Shown here one piece after another: positions 56,950-64,000 of a DNA stretch of 64,000 bases. The stretch comes from Candidatus Shapirobacteria bacterium (lineage in GTDB: Bacteria; Patescibacteriota; Microgenomatia; UBA12405), in assembly GCA_022837635.1 (NCBI GenBank), contig JALHFY010000001.1, positions 234,202-298,201 of the forward strand, given 5' to 3'. The notes beneath the pieces were generated by a model. The model worked only from the letters and a program-made list of their open reading frames with translations. It was not told the DNA's origin and made no database searches. Every line of letters begins with the position of its first letter. Within the stretch, counting starts at the first letter, position 1. A program made the translations under genes and the position numbers.

Positions 56950-57761
56950 CCGGTATTGATTTTCATCTGTAATTCTTTATCAAAACGCCAGCGACGACGA
57001 TTTTGGTCATCATAATAGCGTAGAATTCTAAGGCGGTAAAAAACCGCTAGAGCGTCTCTAAGACTATTAATAACAACTTTGAAACCGGCTCCTTGAAGAT
57101 GAAGACCTTCAAAGATATAGGTCAGTTTGATTGGAGCTTCGTAAATTTTCTTGAAACCTAAATGTTTGGCGACAGCTAATATTTCTAGGTCAATAGCAAA
57201 GTTTTTAACTAAAAGACGGGGCAGAACCTTTTCCAAAACTTCTCTTTTAAAGATTTTAAGTCCAGCTTGAGTGTCACGGATATTAATTCCTAGTAAAAAT
57301 CTAGCAATTAAGTGACCACCAAAGCTAATGATTTTGCGATCGAAAGGATATTGAACTTGAGAAGCAGGATGATATTTAGAAGCAGCAATGATATCAGCAT
57401 CGTACCATTCCATGTGTTCTAAAATTAAGGAAATTCCATTGGGATCGATTTCCATGCCGGCATCAATAAAGGCAATATAGTCACCTTTGGCTCGAGCCAT
57501 GCCGTAACGAAGAGCATAACCCTTACCATGATTACTGGGATAACCGAGGACTTTTAATTTAGGTAATTTGAGTTCTTTGGCAAATTTATAAGTATTATCG
57601 ACACTGGTACCATCAACTACAACCAATAATTCAAAGTCATAGCGAATTTTTTTAAGAGTGGAATAGATGTGACGCAGGTCTTTTTTAATGGTTTTAGCTT
57701 GTTTGTAGGCAGGAACAATAACGGACAAAAAATGACTTTTATTTTTTCTCATCAAATTCAA
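56946..57761 (-). CDS. GT2, polyprenol-phosphate sugar synthase (DPM/DPG-like)
   Basis: SVIVPAY, VVDG, NHGKG, FIDA, DTQAGLK, FAIDLE. Confidence 0.85.
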   Translation of the reverse strand: MNLMRKNKSHFLSVIVPAYKQAKTIKKDLRHIYSTLKKIRYDFELLVVVDGTSVDNTYKFAKELKLPKLKVLGYPSNHGKGYALRYGMARAKGDYIAFIDAGMEIDPNGISLILEHMEWYDADIIAASKYHPASQVQYPFDRKIISFGGHLIARFLLGINIRDTQAGLKIFKREVLEKVLPRLLVKNFAIDLEILAVAKHLGFKKIYEAPIKLTYIFEGLHLQGAGFKVVINSLRDALAVFYRLRILRYYDDQNRRRWRFDKELQMKINTG

Positions 57762-58836
57762 TTAGTTTATAAACAGCCAAAGTAGATAAAGCGGTATTTT
57801 GCCAGGAGAAAAACTGGGCTCGCTTTTGACCTAAGAGTGAATATTGACGACGAAGTTGAGTTGAGGTCCAAAGTTTTTTAAGAGCTTGACGAATTGAGGT
57901 TTGAGAATAAGGATCAAAGAATTCACCGGCAAAATCCATAATTTCAGGTAAACAGCTTTCTTGAGAATAAGCCACCGGGGTGCCTGATTGCATAGCTTCA
58001 ACCAAAGTTAAACCAAAACCCTCGGAAAAAGAAGCTTGGCAATAAATCGTGGCCAAATTGTAAAGAAGAGGTAGATCTTCGTCGGGAACAAAACCAAGGA
58101 GTTGTATTTTTTTTGTACCTTGGTGTTTACGAGCTTGAGATTGAAGCCAAAGAATGTCTTGTGTCCAAGGATGATCGGGAACTTCTTTGGTAGCAGCGCC
58201 ACCGGCGATAACCAGAGGGTAGTTGAGGGCTAAACAAGCTTTAGTTAAACCGGGAACATTTTTATTCCAATTAACATCACCGACAAAAAGAACAAATTTT
58301 TTAGGTAAATTATATTTTTTGGCGATTTTTTGAAAGAGTTTTTTGTTTTTTCGAGGCTTAAAATTGGCAGTGGCGGCCTCATAGGTAACATAGATTTTTT
58401 CAGCCGGATATTTGAGGTGATCTAGAATTTGATATTTAGCTGAATGTGAGGGGCAAAGGATATAGTTGGCGTTTTCTAGGCGTCGTTTTTGAATTAACCA
58501 CTTTATTTCTCCTTTGAGACCAACAGGAAAATGTTTTTTGAAAGCTCTGGGAATAAGATCGTGACAGGTGACAATTTGAGGAATGTCACTTTGAGGTAAA
58601 GTTAACTTAAAAGGATCGAAATAAGGATAATGAAGGAGATCAAAATTTTGAATTTTTGATTTCGGATCCTCAATTAGAGAAATTTGATAATGCCGATAGT
58701 TGGGATTATTTTTGACTTCCTTTTGGAGAGCATCAACCAAGTGTCGAGTGTAATAACCGACTCCCCTTTTAGAATTACCATCATTGAGAGGACTAACATC
58801 AATGCCAATCTTAAATTTTTTCATGTTCCATTTCAA
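57739..58836 (-). CDS. GT4 glycosyltransferase (MtfB-like)
   Basis: IGID, RGVGYY, TCHDLIP, NKN, EGFGLTLVEAM. Confidence 0.87.
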   Translation of the reverse strand: MKWNMKKFKIGIDVSPLNDGNSKRGVGYYTRHLVDALQKEVKNNPNYRHYQISLIEDPKSKIQNFDLLHYPYFDPFKLTLPQSDIPQIVTCHDLIPRAFKKHFPVGLKGEIKWLIQKRRLENANYILCPSHSAKYQILDHLKYPAEKIYVTYEAATANFKPRKNKKLFQKIAKKYNLPKKFVLFVGDVNWNKNVPGLTKACLALNYPLVIAGGAATKEVPDHPWTQDILWLQSQARKHQGTKKIQLLGFVPDEDLPLLYNLATIYCQASFSEGFGLTLVEAMQSGTPVAYSQESCLPEIMDFAGEFFDPYSQTSIRQALKKLWTSTQLRRQYSLLGQKRAQFFSWQNTALSTLAVYKLIEFDEKK

Positions 58837-59587
58837 AAACTTTTATGTAAGCAATAGGAAAACGAAGTGATGAATACCAGGCGAAAACGAAACCAGGAAA
58901 GCCATCCATAAAGCCCTTATGTCGAAAATAAGCCAAAAAGAACCAGGCTAAGGGTTTAAAAATAAAGTAAACAATGAAAGAAAAGAAACCGGTTTTTAGA
59001 CCCGCCTTTTTAAGATCAGAAGCTAAAAGTGAGGTGTAGCGATCGTTTCTTAAAAGATAGCGGGAAAAATTAGGGTCGGCATAGTGGAGGAGATCATGGT
59101 TGAGGGTGGAGACTGGACCGGTAACAACGGCTTGCTCATGAACATCTTTACAGGGAAGCCTGCCCATACCGCGACGATAAAGACGAATGGTGGGGTCAGG
59201 GTAGACACCGCCTTTTTTGAGAAAACGGCCTAAAAAGTAGTTTTGACGTTTAATCCAAAAACCATGGTATTCAGTTTTAGGAATGGTTTGTAAAATTTCT
59301 TTTTGAAGCTCTGGGCTAATAATTTCATCAGCATCAAGCTGTAAAATCCAGTCACTTTTACAAGCATCAATAGCCATCTGTTTATTAAGATGAAACATGG
59401 CTTTGTTGGTGGTAGAAATCAACCTGACTTTGGGATATTTTTTAACTATCTGAGTAGTCTTGTCCGAAGATTGACCGTCGACGATGACAATTTCATCGAC
59501 CCAGGATTTGACGGCGTTCAGGCATTTGGCAATATTTTTCTCTTCATTATAAGTGGCAATGGCGACAGAAAGAGTGGTTTTTTTCAT
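58811..59587 (-). CDS. GT2 beta-1,4-glucosyltransferase-like (WaaE/KdtX)
   Basis: NEEKNI..CL, DG.SSDKT, WILQLDADE, VHE, GFMDG.PG. Confidence 0.85.
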   Translation of the reverse strand: MKKTTLSVAIATYNEEKNIAKCLNAVKSWVDEIVIVDGQSSDKTTQIVKKYPKVRLISTTNKAMFHLNKQMAIDACKSDWILQLDADEIISPELQKEILQTIPKTEYHGFWIKRQNYFLGRFLKKGGVYPDPTIRLYRRGMGRLPCKDVHEQAVVTGPVSTLNHDLLHYADPNFSRYLLRNDRYTSLLASDLKKAGLKTGFFSFIVYFIFKPLAWFFLAYFRHKGFMDGFPGFVFAWYSSLRFPIAYIKVFEMEHEKI

Positions 59588-61140
59588 TTGACTGAGTATA
59601 TTTTAAAGCTTTGACCGCTTTTTTCAAAATTATCGGCATCAATTACTAGAGAATTACTAGGAATGTGTTCAGGGATTTGGAAGTGAATATTGTCAATTTG
59701 AAGAACAGTAGAGAAACCAAAATGGTCGGGAGGAGTGGGATTAATTTTACTTTGAATTTCTGCCGGTGGATATAAACTGTAAAAGAGGTAGAGGATATAA
59801 GGTTGGTCGTACTTATTGGTCATATAAATATTTTGATAATTATGTTTTTCGGTCTCAATTAGAGGAATAATTTCTTTGAATCCCCTATTCCAGGCAAAGG
59901 AATAACGTTGAGGTGAATGAATAAAATAAGCGTCTAGAAAATAGAGACTAAAGATGAGATATAAAAAGATGAGGAGATAAGTAGATAAGTAGGGAGTAAG
60001 TTGATAAAGGCCATAGGCGGTGAAAAAAGATAGAGGCACAACCATGGATAAAGCTCGAAGAGCAGACGGTGCCTGGAAGGTCAGTGAAGAAGCCAGAGGG
60101 GAAATAAGTAGATAAGCAATGAAAAATATTTTTAGATTTAATTTGATTTTTTTAGAATGAATAAAGGAATAGAGACCATATAAAAGTAATGGCAATTCAA
60201 TTAAATGCATTTGTCCCATTTCCGGAGAAGCGGAGCGAGGGACGGCATCACCATCGATAAAAAGGAAATTAAGATCAAAATGAGACAGATATTTTTGAAC
60301 AAAAGAGAGTAAATATTGTGTTCTTTGATTATGAATAATTTTTTGAAAATAATTGATCTGACTATGGTGATGAAGAAGTTCTTTGGAACGGGAAACAGGT
60401 CCGGTATCAGCAAATAAACCGACACCACCAAAACGGGTAGTACCACCACTATTGAGGAAAGAATAAACCACAGGTACCGATAAAAGTAGAGCCATGATAA
60501 TAGAAATAATTAGAGGAGTAGATAAGCAATGGAGTAGTTTTTTAAGGTTGAGGAGAAATAAAGTGAGAACAATGAGAGGAGCGATAAGACGAGCTGAATG
60601 GTAAACATAAAGAGAGGCGATAAAGGGTAAAGGGAAAAGGAAAAGATATTTTGATTTGGGTTTGTCTAAAAAACGATAGAAAAAATAAATTCCCAAGAGA
60701 ATAAAAAAAACTGAGGTGGCACTTTCCCAGGCACCACGGGAAAAATGAATGTGCCAAGGAGACAGAGCCAATACCAGAGAACTATAGAGCGCTAGAGTTT
60801 CAGATTTAAATAAGAGAAAAACTAATTTATAAAGAATATAGACGGTTAAAACTGAGAGGACGAGATTGGGAAGACGAACAGCCAGGGGAGTGAGTCCTAA
60901 AACTTTAATAAAAGGTAGAGCTAAATAAACATAACCACCGGGTTTATAGTCACTAAAAGACTTAAAATGGAGAGGCCAAGAAATTCCGTGTTCATCACGA
61001 CCGGTCTGAATTAAAGAATAGGCATTGTAGCCCAGGGCGGCCTCATCAGGATTGAGAGAGGGTACAGAGTTAATATTCCAAAAACGAAGCAGGGTGGCAA
61101 TGACAAGAATGATAATTAATTTAGTCTTGGTGGTAAGCAT
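59584..61140 (-). CDS. GT-C (PMT/ArnT-like) membrane glycosyltransferase, paralog 3
   Basis: DEAALGYNAYS...TGRDEHG...FKSFSDYKP, VRLP, SPWHIHFSR, QPYI. Confidence 0.8.
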   Translation of the reverse strand: MLTTKTKLIIILVIATLLRFWNINSVPSLNPDEAALGYNAYSLIQTGRDEHGISWPLHFKSFSDYKPGGYVYLALPFIKVLGLTPLAVRLPNLVLSVLTVYILYKLVFLLFKSETLALYSSLVLALSPWHIHFSRGAWESATSVFFILLGIYFFYRFLDKPKSKYLFLFPLPFIASLYVYHSARLIAPLIVLTLFLLNLKKLLHCLSTPLIISIIMALLLSVPVVYSFLNSGGTTRFGGVGLFADTGPVSRSKELLHHHSQINYFQKIIHNQRTQYLLSFVQKYLSHFDLNFLFIDGDAVPRSASPEMGQMHLIELPLLLYGLYSFIHSKKIKLNLKIFFIAYLLISPLASSLTFQAPSALRALSMVVPLSFFTAYGLYQLTPYLSTYLLIFLYLIFSLYFLDAYFIHSPQRYSFAWNRGFKEIIPLIETEKHNYQNIYMTNKYDQPYILYLFYSLYPPAEIQSKINPTPPDHFGFSTVLQIDNIHFQIPEHIPSNSLVIDADNFEKSGQSFKIYSVK

Positions 61141-62716
61141 AGAAGGTAGAAATAGTATTAACCGGACTTAAGGGAATGAATTGACTAAATTCGGGACGTG
61201 ATTCCAGACCTTGACGGTAAACTTCTTCTTGAGCAAAAATACCTAAGACTCCGGGATTTTCTCGGATAAAATCGAAGTGAGCCGTTCGGAAATTAAGATT
61301 ATCAACCTGTTTGACTATTCCGGTATCGCCGTGAATATTGTCGGTAAGATGAGATTGTTGTTGATAAAGTTTGGGGGGATATTTGGAGAAGAAGAGATAA
61401 TAGATATAAGGTTGACCATAATAATCAGTAAAATAAATTTGACTGTCTTTATATTTTTCTCGATTGGCGATGACATATTTAATTGCCTCTTGGTAGCCAT
61501 AGAGTAATTGGTCGGGATCTTTTTGAATCATGTGATGATAATAAAGATCTTGATAGTAGAAAAAAGAAAGGAGATAAGATAAGCCGACAAGTAGATAAAT
61601 AGATTTTTTATGGATTTTGGAGAGACCAAGGGAGGTAAAGTAGATTAGTGGGATGGACATGGACATGGTGCGAACAGCGGTGATGGTGTCTCGAGTAAGG
61701 GCGCCGGGAATGGGGGCAAACAAAAGCCATAATAAGAAAAAGAGAGAAGTGGAAGAATAATTGAGCAGACCGATAATAAGAAAGATAAAAGAAGGATAGA
61801 GAATTACCCCGATATATGGGGCAGAATGACGGAGATTTTGCCAATCACCTTCAAAGAGTAAAAAGCGAGTGGAAAAGTGATTAAAATAACGAGAGAGAAA
61901 ATTTCTGAGAAAAAAGATAGGTTGACTATGGAAAAGTTGATAGTCCAAGTGACTGGATTCTTTAATGATTAAATCAGTTTCCTCCTGTGAGCGGGGGTAA
62001 GAACTGAGAGACAACACTTTCAGTCGGTTGCTGTCAGCAGAAAAGAGAAGACCGTAGGCGACAGGTAAAGCCAGGAGAAAAAGTGGGAGAATAAATTTTA
62101 AGGCAATGCTTTTGAAATTAGTTTTGAGGTGAGTGAATTGAGAAATAAAGAGGCTCAGAATAATTGAAGGAGTGATTAATTTTCCAGCTTGATAACTGTA
62201 GAGACTGAGAGCAAAAACTAAGGCAGAAGGTAAATAACGTTTTTTAATAAAGAAAAGAGAAGCGAGGAGTAATTCGAAAGTCAGGAGATTAGTTTCCCAG
62301 CCACCCCGAGAAAAATGAAGATTCCAGGGGTTAAAAGCGAGTAAGAGAGCGGCTAAAAGAGCCTGTTTTTCGGACTTGGGAGAAAGAGCTTTAATTAAAA
62401 AATATAAAAGGAGGGGCGATAAAGAACCGACAATAATGGAAGGTAGGCGGACAGCCAAGGGATTGAGACCAAAGAGAGCCACAAAAGGAACAGTTAGATA
62501 AATATAAATTCCCGGTTTATAGTCACCAAAAGATTTGAAAATTAGGGGTAAAAAAACGCCGTGTTCATCACGACCGGTTTTCAAAATAGAGTAAGCATTG
62601 TAGCCGATAGCAGCTTCATCCCAGAGAAGAGGTGGATAAGAAGTAGCCCGATAGACTCTAAAAACAAAGGCGATAAGAGTGAGAATGATTAAAAATAAAA
62701 GATGTTTTTTATTCAT
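61121..62716 (-). CDS. GT-C (PMT/ArnT-like) membrane glycosyltransferase, paralog 2
   Basis: WDEAAIGYNAYSILKTGRDEHG..LPLIFKSFGDYKP, NPWNLHFSR, GQPYIY. Start set at ATG 62716. Confidence 0.8.
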   Translation of the reverse strand: MNKKHLLFLIILTLIAFVFRVYRATSYPPLLWDEAAIGYNAYSILKTGRDEHGVFLPLIFKSFGDYKPGIYIYLTVPFVALFGLNPLAVRLPSIIVGSLSPLLLYFLIKALSPKSEKQALLAALLLAFNPWNLHFSRGGWETNLLTFELLLASLFFIKKRYLPSALVFALSLYSYQAGKLITPSIILSLFISQFTHLKTNFKSIALKFILPLFLLALPVAYGLLFSADSNRLKVLSLSSYPRSQEETDLIIKESSHLDYQLFHSQPIFFLRNFLSRYFNHFSTRFLLFEGDWQNLRHSAPYIGVILYPSFIFLIIGLLNYSSTSLFFLLWLLFAPIPGALTRDTITAVRTMSMSIPLIYFTSLGLSKIHKKSIYLLVGLSYLLSFFYYQDLYYHHMIQKDPDQLLYGYQEAIKYVIANREKYKDSQIYFTDYYGQPYIYYLFFSKYPPKLYQQQSHLTDNIHGDTGIVKQVDNLNFRTAHFDFIRENPGVLGIFAQEEVYRQGLESRPEFSQFIPLSPVNTISTFYAYHQD

Positions 62717-64000
62717 GAGTGACGATATCAAAGGCAGGGCTGTGGTCCAAAAAGTAAATGGTATTTATTTTTTGAAAGTTATGTTGATTATAGTTGCCAG
62801 GAGAGGTAATTAACAGGGTCTTGCCGGTGGGAGTAGCTAATTTTTTGATGTTCCGGTCATCAATAAAGGTGAATTTATCGAAAGCATCAAGCCAATACCA
62901 GTCTGAGTGAAAATTCCATTTTTTGTGAGGGTCTTGTTGATAGTGTTGAGGATCCCAAGGCCAATAAAATAGAATAAATTCATGAGCTTCGCCGTATTTT
63001 TTAGAAATTATAAAGTGATCAAAGTGTTGGTAATTTGATTTAAGATAATCAACTATTTGAGAGTAGCCATATTGCCAACTTTGAGAGTAAGTTAGTGAAT
63101 ATTGCCGGTATTTAGGCCAAAAGAAAGAGGTAGCGCCAAGGAAAAGTAAAGTTAAGATAAGCAAAGCTTGTTCCTTAAAGCGAGAAAATCCCAGAGCAAT
63201 AATAATAGTGGCAAAATAAACAAAGGTTAAACTTCGGAGAATATGAGGAGCATCACGAGTGATGGCTGAAGGAATTGGAGAGACTAAAAAAAAGAAGATT
63301 AGTAAATAGTTAATAGTATTTAGGTGAGTAGATAAGTAGTAAAAAGCTAAAACTAAGAAAATAAAAAGGAAAGGGAAGAGGAGAGGAAAATTGGGAATAT
63401 TGAATTGATAATGAGAAGCACCAGTTTTGAAGAGATAAAAAGGGTTAAAGTGAGCCAAATAATTTTTACTGGCTTGGTAAGTAAAATAAGTGGCTTTATT
63501 AACCAAGAATCGGGGATAAGTACTGCGTAATTCATTGATACGATTAATAGCGCCTTGGTCTAAGAGAGAAACCCGTTGATATCTGGCGGTGGCGGATTGA
63601 TTACTGAATTGAAAAATTAAGATTAAAAGTGAAATGATAAGAGGTAAAAAATCGAGAAATTTAATTTTAATTTTTTCTTTGAAGAGAATATAGATTAATG
63701 CCAAGAGGTAAAAAGGCAGTAAAACTCGGGAACTATTGTAGGTAAAAAGACAAAGAGAAAAAAATAAATTGGAAAGTAAAAGTTTTTTGGAAATCAGAAA
63801 ATAAAAACAAGTGGCAAAAAGAAATAAAAATAAGTTGGCTTCCAGAGCAATACGTGACAGAAAAATAGACCAAGGACTGAAGGCAATCAGAGCGGCAGCC
63901 ACTAGAGATAGAAATTGATTTTTGGTAATTTTTTTAACAGTTAAATAAGCGATATAAATTAAAGCGGTGCCAGCCAAAACAGAAATAATTTTGACGGTCC
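62709..64000 (-). CDS. GT-C (PMT/ArnT-like) membrane glycosyltransferase, paralog 1; 5' end lies outside the window
   Basis: SPW.IFLSRIALEAN, TYNSSR, SPIPSAIT..APH.LR, WQYGY; the frame is open to the window edge. Confidence 0.78.
   Translation of the reverse strand, partial: TVKIISVLAGTALIYIAYLTVKKITKNQFLSLVAAALIAFSPWSIFLSRIALEANLFLFLFATCFYFLISKKLLLSNLFFSLCLFTYNSSRVLLPFYLLALIYILFKEKIKIKFLDFLPLIISLLILIFQFSNQSATARYQRVSLLDQGAINRINELRSTYPRFLVNKATYFTYQASKNYLAHFNPFYLFKTGASHYQFNIPNFPLLFPFLFIFLVLAFYYLSTHLNTINYLLIFFFLVSPIPSAITRDAPHILRSLTFVYFATIIIALGFSRFKEQALLILTLLFLGATSFFWPKYRQYSLTYSQSWQYGYSQIVDYLKSNYQHFDHFIISKKYGEAHEFILFYWPWDPQHYQQDPHKKWNFHSDWYWLDAFDKFTFIDDRNIKKLATPTGKTLLITSPGNYNQHNFQKINTIYFLDHSPAFDIVTHE

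Noticed and set aside
1050-63535. Numerous 60-150 aa ORFs nested in or antisense to long genes (e.g. 1066-1314, 5862-6152, 26028-26345, 39357-39812)
   Set aside because: They are fully overlapped by well-supported genes and show no recognisable motifs; they are shadow ORFs.

Overview
AT-rich, very compact bacterial DNA read in the standard code (11). Gene content and protein style suggest a Patescibacteria/CPR genome, probably Microgenomates (inference). Positions 1-7295 (minus strand) hold recO and a tightly coupled run: glyQS, lipoprotein, rsmH, ftsL-like, class B PBP, murE, an ATE1/Bpt-like aminoacyl-tRNA transferase and a Mur ligase (Mpl/MurC-like, cut by the window edge). The remaining ~57 kb is one very large surface-glycan/protein-glycosylation locus. 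It contains a priming sugar transferase, manC, galE, ugd, about 25 GT2/GT4-type glycosyltransferases, several GT-C membrane transferases (three tandem PMT/ArnT-like and one TMTC-like with TPRs), a WaaL/Wzy-like protein, two Wzm/Wzt ABC exporters, several SAM methyltransferases, a B12-type radical SAM enzyme, YvcK and an inserted HigBA-like toxin-antitoxin pair. Most notable observations: (1) a tRNA-dependent transferase homolog translationally coupled between Mur ligases, next to a MurE with a non-canonical DDTR motif; (2) a glycosyltransferase frameshifted at a (CT)5 tract; (3) dispersed 8-bp and 7-bp periodic microrepeats inside genes; (4) repeated leaderless-type promoters; (5) an AT-rich glycan cassette whose boundary seems to fall inside wzt. 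I saw no rRNA, tRNA, CRISPR array or transposase. All family calls come from motif recognition by eye, not database searches.
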